In this document: positions 1 to 9,740 of the stretch, piece after piece
Position numbering within the stretch: the first letter of the stretch is position 1
Layout of the letters: every line of letters begins with the position of its first letter
Origin: an uncultured Thermoleophilia bacterium
GTDB lineage: Bacteria > Actinomycetota > Thermoleophilia > UBA2241
Length of the DNA stretch: 64,000 nucleotides
Direction: 5' to 3'
Assembly: GCA_963735345.1 (NCBI GenBank)
Contig: CAVTKL010000013.1
Coordinates: 321,130-385,129, forward strand
The notes under the pieces: model-generated
What the model was told of the DNA's origin: nothing
Seen by the model: only the letters and a program-made list of their open reading frames with translations
Databases searched by the model: none
Position numbers and translations under genes: made by a program

Positions 1-1
1 C

Positions 2-634
2 TTCAACCGGCACCGCTTCGGCACCTACGCCGAGTACGTGTGCTGGCCGGAAGACGGGCTGCTGGCGACGCGACCGGCCAACCTCACCGACGCGGAGGTC
101 GCCTCGATTCCCTACGGCGGCCTTCTCGCGCTCCACTTCCTGCGACGAGCCAACGTTCGGGCCGGACAGCGGGTCCTCGTCTACGGCGCCTCAGGGGCGG
201 TCGGCACGTCCGCGGTGCAGCTTGCCAGGCATTTCGGCGCCGAGGTGACGGGGGTGTGCAGCACGGCGAACCTGGAGTTGGTGCGCTCTCTGGGCGCGAC
301 CACGGTGGTCGACTACACGAGGGAGGACTGCACTGCTCAGGGACAACGCTACGACCTCATCTTCGACGCGGTCGGAAAGAGGAAGAGCGCGGCGGCACTA
401 CGGCACTGCGATGAGGCCCTCGCCTCCGGCGGCAAGCGTCTCTCGGTCGATGATGGAACGCCGAAGCTCCTCGTCGATGATCTGAGGCTGCTGGGCGAGC
501 TGGCTCGGGAAGGCGAGATCAGGCCGGTGATCGACAGATGCTATCCGCTGGAGGAGCTCGCCGAGGCCCACAGGTACGTCGACGAAGGACACAAGCGGGG
601 GAACGTCGTCATCGCCGTTGCCCAAGGCGACTAG
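2..634 (+). CDS. Zinc-type alcohol dehydrogenase / quinone oxidoreductase (MDR superfamily), 5'-partial
   Basis: Frame is open from the window edge. Has a Rossmann GxGxxG-like motif (VYGASGAVGTSAVQLA) and the typical MDR C-terminal fold. Stop TAG at 632-634. Confidence 0.75.
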   Translation, partial: FNRHRFGTYAEYVCWPEDGLLATRPANLTDAEVASIPYGGLLALHFLRRANVRAGQRVLVYGASGAVGTSAVQLARHFGAEVTGVCSTANLELVRSLGATTVVDYTREDCTAQGQRYDLIFDAVGKRKSAAALRHCDEALASGGKRLSVDDGTPKLLVDDLRLLGELAREGEIRPVIDRCYPLEELAEAHRYVDEGHKRGNVVIAVAQGD

Positions 635-728
635 CGGCCTCCCATCGAGAAGCGGAGAGTCCCGCAGGCGCGACCGCGCCTCGCCCGCGGGCGAAAGGGC
701 GAACGGGCGACTCAGCCGAACGGGATGC

Positions 729-1277
729 TCAAAGCATCTCGTCGGTGATGAGGCCCTCGTACCTGCTGCTCCGGTTGCGGACCCGCTCGTGGACGCCGTC
801 GCCCACCTCGCGGGCCACGTCAAGGAGGTTGCCATCCTGCCCCTTGGCAAGATGCAGAGTCCCGCCCTCGAAGAGGAGCTCGAGCAGCGCCGTCTCCGCC
901 TCTTCGCGGGTCCAGTACAGGAACGGTCCGCCGGCCAGCACTCTGTTCTGCGGCGTCATGGGTTCGAAGACGCGGAAGTCCACCTCGTCGCCAACTGGGT
1001 CCCAGCCGGCCTCCACGGAGCGGTCCGCGATGGATGCCTGCGTGGTGTCGGCCACGGGAGCGAGGAACTCCTTCTTGCTCTGCTGGAGCGCGATGATCCA
1101 CGCCAGGACATCCTTGCCTTCCAGCTTCAGCTTCACGGAATGGATCCATGAATCGGCCACGAACCGGAAGGCACGCGCGCGCATGCGGGCGGCGGCGACC
1201 GGGACGGAGTGGTGGATGAGATCCGGCTCGGGGAAATCACCCAGCCATGCTCTTCTATTGACCCTCTTGTTCTCCAT
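729..1277 (-). CDS. YdeI/OmpD-associated (DUF1801-like) family protein
   Basis: 182-aa ORF with coding-like composition. The family call rests on overall resemblance recalled from memory. Confidence 0.4.
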   Translation of the reverse strand: MENKRVNRRAWLGDFPEPDLIHHSVPVAAARMRARAFRFVADSWIHSVKLKLEGKDVLAWIIALQQSKKEFLAPVADTTQASIADRSVEAGWDPVGDEVDFRVFEPMTPQNRVLAGGPFLYWTREEAETALLELLFEGGTLHLAKGQDGNLLDVAREVGDGVHERVRNRSSRYEGLITDEML

Positions 1278-1463
1278 CTCTCACCCCTCGGCGGATCGCA
1301 GGCGCGCGATCGTCTGTACTGTCGCGGGCGAGTCTACACCGACGGGGCATGGGGGCGCTGGCGAGAGCCTGCCGGAGTGCGACGGGGCCGGCCCGACGCA
1401 ATGCCGGCCGGCCCCGCAGAAAGGGACTCTATGAGCACAGCCCGCTCGCACGGGCCTGGCTGC

Positions 1464-1613
1464 TTACTTGCTCTTGCCGATCTTGAACATCTTGGTGCCG
1501 CAATCGGGGCAGATGCCCTGGGTCGCGGGCTTGCCGTTCTTCATCGTGACTTCCTGCTCATCGTTCATCGTCTTCTTGGCGCGGCACTTGACACAGTAAG
1601 CCTCAGTCGCCAT
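1464..1613 (-). CDS. Small zinc-ribbon protein (CxxC...CxxC, DUF5679-like)
   Basis: 49-aa ORF MATEAYCVKCRAKK...GICPDCGTKMFKIGKSK with two CxxC pairs. ATG at 1613. Transcribed divergently from glnA. Confidence 0.55.
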   Translation of the reverse strand: MATEAYCVKCRAKKTMNDEQEVTMKNGKPATQGICPDCGTKMFKIGKSK

Positions 1614-1848
1614 GCGTGGTCTCCTTTCGGACTTCGGGCCATGAGCGTGCGGGTCAGCAAACAAGCCTGCACGCCGCCCACATCCCGGCGAGCATACAAC
1701 GGGCACTCCACGCACGCAATGAGTCTGGCGTTGCCCGCTGTGGGGGCGGATTCCTGACTCGTGTTGCTCATTGCCGCCGTACTTGGTAGAACCATGGGGT
1801 CGGCGAGGCGTCAGAAGGCGCCCCGGACACAGGCCCGAAAGGACGACC

Positions 1849-3177
1849 ATGACCAGCGAGCATCAAGCCAGGATCGCCAAGCTCGTCAAGGACGAGCGCG
1901 TGAAGCACATCCAGTTGTGGTTCACGGACATCCTCGGCAATCTCAAGATGGTCGAGATCCCCGACCGCCAGCTCGACAGCGTGCTGCAGAGCGGAGCGCC
2001 CTTCGACGGCTCGTCGATCACCGGGTACGCGGAGATCGAGGAGTCAGACATCGTGGCGATGCCCGACTGGGACACCTTCAAGCTGCTGCCGTGGTCACAG
2101 GCCAGTGAGAAGACGGCGTTCGTCTTCTGCGACGTGCTCGACCGCAACTTCGAGCCGTTCGAGGGCGACCCGCGCTGGGTCCTTCGCCGGCAACTGGACC
2201 GGGCCCGCGCCATGGGCCTCGAGTTCTACGTCGGCCCGGAGCTGGAGTACTTCTACTTCAAGACCCCGGACGCGCCCGTGACCATCGACGACGGCGGCTA
2301 CTTCGACGTGCTGCCCGACGACCTGGGCAACGACCTCCGCAAGCAGACCATGAGGGCGCTCGACAAACTGGACATCCCCATGGAGGCCTCGCACCACGAG
2401 GTGGCCCCGTCGCAGCACGAGATCGATCCGCACTACGACAAGGCGCTCGTCATGGCCGACCGCGTGATGATCACGCGGTTGATCGTCAAGGAGGTCGCGG
2501 CCCACAACGGCGTGCACGCGACCTTCATGCCCAAGCCACTGTACGGCCACGCCGGCAGCGGGATGCACGTGCACCAGTCGCTGTTCCGCGGCAGCGACAA
2601 CGCCTTCTTCAGCGCCGACGACGAGCACCACCTGTCAGATCTCGCCAAAGGCTTCATCGCCGGCCAGCTGCGGCACATGCGCGAGATCACCTCGATCCTC
2701 AACCAGTATGTGAACAGCTACAAGCGGCTGGTACCAGGCTTTGAGGCGCCGGTGTACATCAGCTGGGCGCACCGCAACCGCACGGCGCTCATCCGCGTGC
2801 CTCTCTACATCCAGGGCAAAGAGAGCACCGTGCGCGCCGAGGTGCGCAACCCAGACCCCGCCGCCAACCCCTACCTGGCCTTCGCCGTCATGCTCGCCGC
2901 CGGACTCGAGGGCATCGAGAAGGGATACGAACTGCCGCCGTCGGTGGAGCCCAACATCTACAAGATGAACGCCCAAGAGCGCGACGCTCACGGGCTGGAG
3001 GCGCTTCCCAACAACCTCTACGAGGCCATCACCGCGACCAAGGAGAGCGAGCTCGTGCGCCGCACGCTGGGCGACCACTGCTTCGACCGCTTCGTGACCA
3101 ACAAGCTCAACGAGTGGTACGAGTACCGCGAGCACGTCACGGACTTCGAGATCAAGCGGTACCTCTCCAAGCTCTGA
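1849..3177 (+). CDS. glnA: Glutamine synthetase type I (GSI-alpha-like, no adenylylation motif)
   Basis: 442 aa. Conserved GS catalytic regions (GPELEYFYF, MPKPLYGHAGSGMHVHQSL, NPYLAFAVMLAAGLEGI). SD AAAGGA precedes the ATG at 1849. C-terminus resembles Bacillus-type GlnA. Confidence 0.93.
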   Translation: MTSEHQARIAKLVKDERVKHIQLWFTDILGNLKMVEIPDRQLDSVLQSGAPFDGSSITGYAEIEESDIVAMPDWDTFKLLPWSQASEKTAFVFCDVLDRNFEPFEGDPRWVLRRQLDRARAMGLEFYVGPELEYFYFKTPDAPVTIDDGGYFDVLPDDLGNDLRKQTMRALDKLDIPMEASHHEVAPSQHEIDPHYDKALVMADRVMITRLIVKEVAAHNGVHATFMPKPLYGHAGSGMHVHQSLFRGSDNAFFSADDEHHLSDLAKGFIAGQLRHMREITSILNQYVNSYKRLVPGFEAPVYISWAHRNRTALIRVPLYIQGKESTVRAEVRNPDPAANPYLAFAVMLAAGLEGIEKGYELPPSVEPNIYKMNAQERDAHGLEALPNNLYEAITATKESELVRRTLGDHCFDRFVTNKLNEWYEYREHVTDFEIKRYLSKL

Positions 3178-3182
3178 TCACG

Positions 3183-3914
3183 ATGCGCGATCTCGCAGAA
3201 CATCTCGCGGAGTGGATCCACGACCAGGTGACTGAGGGCGGCGGCCGCGGCGTCGTGTTCGGCGTCTCGGGCGGCGTCGACTCCGCCGTGGTCGCCGCCC
3301 TCGCCAAGCGCGCCTTCGCCGAGCACACGCTCGGCGTGCTCATGCCCTGCCACAGCGAACCGCAGGACGCCGCGGACGGCGCTTTCGTCGCCGAGCACGT
3401 CGGCGTCCCCTTCGTGACCGTCGATCTCACGCCCACCTTCGACGTGCTGGCAAGGAGCCTCGCCACGGCGAGCCCGGGCTTTCTCCAGAGCCGTCTGGCG
3501 CTGGCCAACCTCAAGCCGCGCCTGCGCATGACCACGCTGTACGCGCTCGCCAACGAGCTCGGCTACTTCGTCGTCGGCAGCAGCAACCGTAGCGAGCTCG
3601 CCGTCGGGTACTTCACCAAATACGGCGACAGCGGCGTCGACCTGCTGCCGCTCGCGGACCTCGTGAAGCACGAGGTCCGCGAGCTCGCGCACGCGCTCGG
3701 CGTGCCCCAGCGCATCATCGACAAGCCGCCCTCTGCCGGGCTCTGGGCCGGCCAGACCGACGAGCACGACATGGGCCTGTCGTACGAGGAGTTGGACGCC
3801 TGCCTGCTCACCGGCCAGGCCTCGGAAGACGTGAGCCTCAGGGTCGCGGCCATGAATGCGGGCAGCGCGCACAAGCGCGCCCTGCCGCTGACGCCGCCGC
3901 GTCCGGACCGCTGA
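3183..3914 (+). CDS. nadE: NH3-dependent NAD+ synthetase
   Basis: PP-loop SGGVDS motif ([15 protein letters not shown]) and NadE C-terminal region. ATG sits 6 nt after the glnA stop. Confidence 0.88.
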   Translation: MRDLAEHLAEWIHDQVTEGGGRGVVFGVSGGVDSAVVAALAKRAFAEHTLGVLMPCHSEPQDAADGAFVAEHVGVPFVTVDLTPTFDVLARSLATASPGFLQSRLALANLKPRLRMTTLYALANELGYFVVGSSNRSELAVGYFTKYGDSGVDLLPLADLVKHEVRELAHALGVPQRIIDKPPSAGLWAGQTDEHDMGLSYEELDACLLTGQASEDVSLRVAAMNAGSAHKRALPLTPPRPDR

Positions 3915-3963
3915 ACGCAGGCGTCTGATACCATCTAACGCCCGTCGCGTCTGGGGGAGCAGC

Positions 3964-5217
3964 GTGCCTGTCGTCATCCAGAAATATGGTGGCACCTCGG
4001 TGGCCGACGCCACGCGCATCGGCAACGTGGCGCGGCGCATCGTCGCCACGTACGAGCAGGGCAACAGCGTCTGCGCGGTGGTCTCCGCCCGCGGCGACAC
4101 CACAGACGAGCTCGTGGCCCTCGCGCACGAGATCACGCCTCACCCCCCCGAGCGCGAGATGGACATGCTGCTCTCGGCCGGCGAGCGCATCAGCTGCGCC
4201 CTGCTGGCCATGGCCATCGACCGCATGGGTCGCGAGGCGGTGAGCTTCACGGGCTCGCAGGCGGGCATCGTCACCGACGGCGTGCACACCAAGGCACGCA
4301 TCCTCGGCATCAACCCCGGCCGCGTGCAGGAGGCCATGGCCCACGGCCGCATCGTGCTGGTGGCGGGCTTCCAGGGGGTCAGCACCGAGAAGGACGTCAC
4401 GACGCTCGGCCGCGGCGGCTCAGACACCACCGCAGTGGCCCTGGCGCACGCGCTGCACGCGGATGTGTGCGAGATCTACACCGACGTCGAGGGCGTCTAC
4501 ACCGCGAACCCGAGTCTCGTGGCCAAGGCCCGCAAGATCGAGCGCATCTCCTACGACGAGATGCTCGAGATGGCGGCGGCCGGCGCCCAGGTCCTCGCCG
4601 TGCGCGCCGTCGAGTACGCGCGCAAGTACGACATCCCGATCCACGTGCGCTCGAGCTTCTCGGCTCACGAAGGCACCTGGGTGAGAGAGGAAGACCCCAC
4701 CATGGAGAGCCCCATCATCAGATCCGTCACGTACACCACCGACGAGGCCCGGGTGACCGTGCGCGGGGTACCCGACCAGCCAGGCGTGGCGGCGGAGGTG
4801 TTCGGCGCCCTGGCCGAGGCGCACGTCAACGTCGACATGATCATCCAGAACTCGAGCGAGAGCGGCCACACCGACATCTCCTGCACCATCCCCAGGGAAG
4901 ACGGCGCCATCGCCGATCTCGCCCTGCGCGCCGTGGTCGCGAAACTGGGCGCCAAGGGCTTCTCCACCGACAACAGCATCGCCAAGATCAGCGTCATCGG
5001 CGTCGGCATGCGATCCAGCCCCGGCGTCGCGGCGATGATGTTCAAGACGCTCGCCGATCTGGGCATCAACCTGGACATGATCAGCACTTCGCCTATCAAG
5101 ATCTCCGCGGTCATCGCCAAGAGCCGCGTCGACGAAGCGGTCCGCGTGCTGCACGACGTCTTTGAGCTGGACGATGCCTGCGTCCACCACGTGCCCGCCG
5201 ACCGGGACTCCTTCTGA
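3964..5217 (+). CDS. lysC: Aspartate kinase
   Basis: N-terminal KYGGTSV motif and C-terminal ACT domains. GTG start. Followed 3 nt later by asd. Confidence 0.93.
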   Translation: MPVVIQKYGGTSVADATRIGNVARRIVATYEQGNSVCAVVSARGDTTDELVALAHEITPHPPEREMDMLLSAGERISCALLAMAIDRMGREAVSFTGSQAGIVTDGVHTKARILGINPGRVQEAMAHGRIVLVAGFQGVSTEKDVTTLGRGGSDTTAVALAHALHADVCEIYTDVEGVYTANPSLVAKARKIERISYDEMLEMAAAGAQVLAVRAVEYARKYDIPIHVRSSFSAHEGTWVREEDPTMESPIIRSVTYTTDEARVTVRGVPDQPGVAAEVFGALAEAHVNVDMIIQNSSESGHTDISCTIPREDGAIADLALRAVVAKLGAKGFSTDNSIAKISVIGVGMRSSPGVAAMMFKTLADLGINLDMISTSPIKISAVIAKSRVDEAVRVLHDVFELDDACVHHVPADRDSF

Positions 5218-5219
5218 CG

Positions 5220-6266
5220 ATGGACAGGCAGTACTGCGTCGCCATCGTCGGCGCCACGGGCGTCGTCGGGGGTGCCTTGCGGACGATCCTCGCGGACAGG
5301 GCCTTCCCAGTGGGCGAGGTGCGCCTCTTGGCCAGCGCGCGCTCGGCCGGACGCCGGCTGGACTTCGCGGGCGCCGAGCTCCATGTGCAGGAGCTCGGCG
5401 TCGACTCGTTCGCCGGCGTCGACATCGCCTTCTTCGCCGCCGGCGGCGCCGTGAGTCGCGCCTTCGCCCCGGCGGCGGCGGCGGCCGGCGCCACGGTCAT
5501 CGACAAGTCGAGCGTGTTCCGCCAGCACCCCGAGGTCCCGCTCGTGGTGCCAGAGGTCAACGCCGACCATCTCGAGTGGCACCACGGCCTGATCGCCACG
5601 CCCAACTGTTCCACCATCCAGATGGTCGTCGTCCTGCGACCCATTCACGACGCCGTCGGCATCGAGCGCATCGTCGTCAGCACGTACCAGGCGGTGTCCG
5701 GCAGCGGCCAGGGCGGCATCGCCGCGCTCGACGCGCAGGTCAGGCAGTGGGCCGACGGCGAGACCGTGAAGGCATGCTTCTACCCCCATCAGATCGCCTT
5801 CAACGTCCTGCCGCACATCGACGGCTTCCTGGCTTCCGGTGCGACCAAGGAAGAGCAGAAGATGGTCGACGAGACGGTCAAGATCTTCGCGGACCCCAGC
5901 ATCAAAGTGACCGCCACGTGCGTGCGCGTGCCGGTCTTCGGCGCGCACAGCGAGGCGGTCAACGTCCAGACGCGCCGCAAGCTGACGGCAGGCGCAGCCC
6001 GCACCCTGCTCGCCGCCGCCCCCGGCGTCGCGGTGATCGACGATCCGGCGGAATTGCGCTACCCCATGCCGCTGCCGGCCGAGGGCACAGATCCCGTGTT
6101 CGTCGGGCGCATCCGCGAGGACCTGAGCATCCCCAACGGCCTCGACCTCTGGATCGTCGCCGACAACCTGCGCAAAGGCGCCGCGCTCAACGCCGTGCAG
6201 ATCGCCGAGGAGCTTGTGCGTCGCGATCTGTTGGGCCGTGAGGCGGATATACTGAGGTGGTCATGA
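5220..6266 (+). CDS. asd: Aspartate-semialdehyde dehydrogenase
   Basis: IVGATGVVG NAD-binding motif and the catalytic Cys region NCSTIQ. Forms an ask-asd operon. Confidence 0.93.
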   Translation: MDRQYCVAIVGATGVVGGALRTILADRAFPVGEVRLLASARSAGRRLDFAGAELHVQELGVDSFAGVDIAFFAAGGAVSRAFAPAAAAAGATVIDKSSVFRQHPEVPLVVPEVNADHLEWHHGLIATPNCSTIQMVVVLRPIHDAVGIERIVVSTYQAVSGSGQGGIAALDAQVRQWADGETVKACFYPHQIAFNVLPHIDGFLASGATKEEQKMVDETVKIFADPSIKVTATCVRVPVFGAHSEAVNVQTRRKLTAGAARTLLAAAPGVAVIDDPAELRYPMPLPAEGTDPVFVGRIREDLSIPNGLDLWIVADNLRKGAALNAVQIAEELVRRDLLGREADILRWS

Positions 6267-7288
6267 ACGGCACGAGCACACCCTCCACGCCCGACGATAC
6301 GGCGACGCGCGATGTCGTCATCATCGGCGCCGGCCCAGCCGGCTTGGCCGCCGGCATCTACTGCTCGCGCGGTCGCCTCGACACGGTCATGCTCGAGCGC
6401 AGCATGGCCGGCGGCGTCATCGCCATCACTGAACTCGTCGAGAACTTCCCCGGCTTCCCCGGCGGCATCTCGGGGTTCGAGTTGGCCGACAGGCTCAAGC
6501 GCCAGGCGATGCAGTTCGGCGTCGAGCTGCGTGAGATCACCGCGGTGACGGCCATCAAGACCGCGCCGGACGGCACGTACACTGTCTCCACCGATCGCGG
6601 CGATGTGCACGCCAAAGCCGTGATCCTCGCCCTCGGCCGCGAAGCCAAGCGCAGCGGCATCCCCGGCGAAGAGGAGTTCATCGGTCGCGGAGTCAGCTGG
6701 TGCGCGACCTGCGACGGCGCCCTCTACCGGGGCCGCACCGTGGCTGTGGTCGGCGGCGGCGACTCGGCCGTGGAAGAGGGCATCTTCCTCACCAGGTTCG
6801 CCGACAAGGTCTACCTTGTGCATCGCCGCGACACATTGCGCGCTGCCGAGGTCGCCCAGGAGCGCGCCTTCTGCAACCCGAAGTTCGAGTTCGTTTGGGA
6901 CTCCGTCCCCAAACGCATCATCGGCAGCAGCGTGGTCGAGGCGCTCGAGGTCGAGAACGTGAAGACGGGGGAGACCCGCAGCCTCGCCGTCAACGGCGTC
7001 TTCTTCTACATCGGCAACACACCGAACACCGGGTTGCTCAAGGGGTTCGTCGACCTGGATGAGGGCGGCTACATCGTCACCGACGAGCTGCTGCACACCA
7101 AGCTCCCGGGCGTCTTCGCCTGCGGCGACGCCCGCGCCAACCCTCTCAAGCAGATCGCCACGGCCGTGGGCGAGGGCGCGCTCGCCGCCATGCAGGCCGA
7201 GCACTTTCTCGATGAGATCGCGTGCGCGGTGCCGGGCGCCCATGGCGTGCCCGGCGGCACTGCCCCCGGCACCGGGCCCCAAAGCTGA
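6257..7288 (+). CDS. trxB: Thioredoxin-disulfide reductase
   Basis: FAD-binding GAGPAGL motif, redox-active CATCDG and NADPH-binding GGGDSAVEEG. Overlaps the asd stop by 10 nt. Confidence 0.92.
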   Translation: MVMNGTSTPSTPDDTATRDVVIIGAGPAGLAAGIYCSRGRLDTVMLERSMAGGVIAITELVENFPGFPGGISGFELADRLKRQAMQFGVELREITAVTAIKTAPDGTYTVSTDRGDVHAKAVILALGREAKRSGIPGEEEFIGRGVSWCATCDGALYRGRTVAVVGGGDSAVEEGIFLTRFADKVYLVHRRDTLRAAEVAQERAFCNPKFEFVWDSVPKRIIGSSVVEALEVENVKTGETRSLAVNGVFFYIGNTPNTGLLKGFVDLDEGGYIVTDELLHTKLPGVFACGDARANPLKQIATAVGEGALAAMQAEHFLDEIACAVPGAHGVPGGTAPGTGPQS

Positions 7289-7300
7289 CAGGAGGACCAC

Positions 7301-7615
7301 GTGGACGCCGTCACCCAGGACAACTTCGAATCTGAGGTCATCGCGGCCCAGGGCAAGGTGCTGGTCGACTTCTGGGCCGAGTGGTGCGGCCCCTGCCGGA
7401 TGATCGGCCCGGTGCTCGACGAGATGGCCGGCGACTACCCCGCCGTCAAGTTCGTGAAGCTCAACGTCGACGAGTCGCCGGCGGTGGCACAGCAGTTCGG
7501 CGTCATGAACATCCCGACCATCCTCGCCTTCGAGGGCGGCGAGGTGAAGCAGCGCGTGGTCGGCGCCATGGGTAAGGCCAAGCTCGCCGAGGAGCTCGAA
7601 GCCTTCCTCGGCTGA
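7301..7615 (+). CDS. trxA: Thioredoxin
   Basis: WCGPC active site, 104 aa. GTG start 13 nt after trxB. Confidence 0.93.
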   Translation: MDAVTQDNFESEVIAAQGKVLVDFWAEWCGPCRMIGPVLDEMAGDYPAVKFVKLNVDESPAVAQQFGVMNIPTILAFEGGEVKQRVVGAMGKAKLAEELEAFLG

Positions 7616-7621
7616 CGGCCC

Positions 7622-7641
7622 AGCCGCCCGCGGGCGGTGGC
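7622..7641. terminator. GC-rich palindrome (CCGCCCGCGGGCGG) between convergent trxA and deacetylase genes; possible bidirectional terminator
   Basis: Perfect 14-nt palindrome in the 27-nt convergent intergenic gap. No U-tract. Confidence 0.3.
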
Positions 7642-7642
7642 C

Positions 7643-9043
7643 TCAGAGGAGCCCGGCCGCCCGGAAGAGTTCATCCAGGCCGACGGGCTCAAGGCCCTTG
7701 GCGCGCAGGCCCTTGACCATCGCAGGGACGGCCTTCTGCGTGTTCCACTCGGTGTGCATGACGATGATGCTCCCGGGCTGCGCGCCTTCGATGACGCGCC
7801 GCGCTATCTCCGTCGACGAGATGCCCGCCCAGTCGCCAGGATCCACGTCCCAGTTGACGACGAAGGGGTAGCCCGCGCTGCCGGCCGCCTTGAGAGTCGT
7901 CTCATCCTGCGCACCGTACGGCGGCCGGAAGAACGGCGCGGGAATGGCTCCGCACGCCTTCCACCACGCCTGCGCGTTGTCGAGGAGCTGCCGGCGCGCC
8001 TCGTCGTAGCTGATGACCTGGAAGTTCGGGTGGTCGTAGGAGTGGTTGCCGATCGTCATGCCTTGGGCGATCGCCTCGCGCGCGACCTCCGGGTACTTGT
8101 TCACACTGACTCCGGTGCAGAAGAAGGTGCCTTTGGCATCGAGCTTGGTCAGCGAGATCATGATGTGGCGCCAGGCGTAGCCGGAGCCCCCGTCGAAGGT
8201 GAGCGCCACCAGTCTGCCCGCCTCTGGCAGGTTGGTGATCAGCTTGGCCGGGACGGGGGCGTCGCTGGCCAGCGACGCGGTCGCCGTGGCCTCGTTGCCG
8301 GCCGCGTCGCTGGCCGTCACCTGCAGCCGGTACGTGCCGGGGAAGAGCGCATCGCCCGCGGCGGGACTCGCCGCCCAGTCGATGGTCTCCGCACCGGCGG
8401 CGGGATGCGGCGCGCCACGCTGGCCCACCGGCTTGCCGAGCGTGTCCACCACCGCCCAGTCGACTGTGACCCCAGCCTGCTGAGCGTCGACAGAGAAGGC
8501 CAGTTTCACCGTCTCGAGGGCGCTGATGCGGTCGGGAGTCACGGAGACGCCGGCGATCTCGGGCGGCGTGGTGTCGATGCGCACCGTGTGGCTGGACACC
8601 GCGGCGTCGCCGACGGCGCGCACCTCGACCACGTGCTCGCCATCGTTGGCGTGGTCCGCCGGCGCCGCGACGCGCGCCTTGCTCGACTGGCGCCACTCGC
8701 CGCCGTCCACTCTCCACTCGGCCACGGTGGGGTCGCCATCGGGCGTCAGAAAGGCCAGGACGACCGCTGTGCCGTGCCAGGCATCGTCGGCGCCGGTGAC
8801 GTTCACCCCGCCCACGGTCACGTTGACCCCGTCGCCGCCGGCGCCGCCGGGCCAGGGCAGACCGAGATGACCGAACCACGGACCGGCCACCGCGACGATC
8901 ACGACGGATGCCGCCACAATCGCCGCCGCCGCGACGAGGCGGCGGCGCGTCCGGCGGCGCCGCTCAAGGCGGTCACTGCGATAGTAGTGCGTCTCGATCA
9001 AGCACGCTCCAGGCACAGCCCGACGACGTCGTAGCTGAAGCAC
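7643..9043 (-). CDS. Membrane-anchored polysaccharide deacetylase (NodB/CE4 domain) with N-terminal Ig-like/HYR-type domains
   Basis: N-terminal TM helix, then beta-rich Ig-like segments (TTPPEIAGVSVTPD). C-terminal NodB domain with TFDGGSG and HSYDHP motifs. Start is uncertain because it overlaps the upstream MTase ORF by 46 nt. Confidence 0.75.
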   Translation of the reverse strand: MLQLRRRRAVPGACLIETHYYRSDRLERRRRTRRRLVAAAAIVAASVVIVAVAGPWFGHLGLPWPGGAGGDGVNVTVGGVNVTGADDAWHGTAVVLAFLTPDGDPTVAEWRVDGGEWRQSSKARVAAPADHANDGEHVVEVRAVGDAAVSSHTVRIDTTPPEIAGVSVTPDRISALETVKLAFSVDAQQAGVTVDWAVVDTLGKPVGQRGAPHPAAGAETIDWAASPAAGDALFPGTYRLQVTASDAAGNEATATASLASDAPVPAKLITNLPEAGRLVALTFDGGSGYAWRHIMISLTKLDAKGTFFCTGVSVNKYPEVAREAIAQGMTIGNHSYDHPNFQVISYDEARRQLLDNAQAWWKACGAIPAPFFRPPYGAQDETTLKAAGSAGYPFVVNWDVDPGDWAGISSTEIARRVIEGAQPGSIIVMHTEWNTQKAVPAMVKGLRAKGLEPVGLDELFRAAGLL

Positions 9044-9696
9044 ACCGAGCGATCACTGAAGGCGACGTCCAGTCTCATCTGCACCTCGACCGGCAGGCCC
9101 AGGAAGCGCTCGCGAATGAGCGTCGCTCGCGATGGAGGCACGCCCGCCGTCTGCAGCCAGTACTCGAGATCGACGGTGCAACGCGCGCTGCCCTGCCGGC
9201 TCACCCGCAGCCCTGCCTGGGCGACCAGACGCTCGAGCTCGGCGAGTCGCAGGTGCCGGCGATGCCCGGGCTGACGGAGGCCGGCCAGATCGTTGAACGG
9301 CTCGTCGATGACATCGTCCACCACAGGCTCGACGAGCACCACCCGTCCGTTGGTGCGCGTCACCCGCCGCAGTTCGGCGAGCGCAGCAGCTGGGTCCGGG
9401 TACAAGTGGAGCGCTTCGCAGCCCATGGCGAGGGAGAAGGCGTCGTCGGCGTAGGGCAGGGCAAAGCGGTCGACCAGCGTGAAGGTCACGTTCTCGAGAC
9501 CCAACTCGAGGGCCAAGCGCCGCCCCTCCTCGAGCATGCCGGACTTGTCGGCCGCGGCGTCGAGCGAACGCACTTGAGGCGCCACAGCGAACGTGACCAT
9601 GCTCGGGAAGGCGGCGTAGTCGAGCACGACATCGTCCGCCCGAGGCCCCGCCAGCTCGATCAGCAGATCGAGTGACTCGTTGCGCGTCTCCTCCAC
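8998..9696 (-). CDS. Class I SAM-dependent methyltransferase (Methyltransf_11-like)
   Basis: Post-I/II motifs LPYADDAFSLA and GRVVLVEP. Motif I is degenerate. Confidence 0.55.
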   Translation of the reverse strand: MEETRNESLDLLIELAGPRADDVVLDYAAFPSMVTFAVAPQVRSLDAAADKSGMLEEGRRLALELGLENVTFTLVDRFALPYADDAFSLAMGCEALHLYPDPAAALAELRRVTRTNGRVVLVEPVVDDVIDEPFNDLAGLRQPGHRRHLRLAELERLVAQAGLRVSRQGSARCTVDLEYWLQTAGVPPSRATLIRERFLGLPVEVQMRLDVAFSDRSVCFSYDVVGLCLERA

Positions 9697-9740
9697 GTTC
9701 CTCCCTTCGTCGCCGGCCGGCGCCGCAGGCGGGCGGCCGA

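Noticed and set aside
5162-6241. 359-aa + strand ORF overlapping asd in another frame (Arg/Gly/Pro-rich)
   Set aside because: Typical spurious alternate-frame ORF of a 70% GC genome. asd in the other frame has unmistakable conserved motifs.
7637-9034. 465-aa + strand ORF antisense to the deacetylase gene
   Set aside because: Arg/Gly/Asp-rich low-complexity translation. The opposite strand encodes a well-supported NodB domain.
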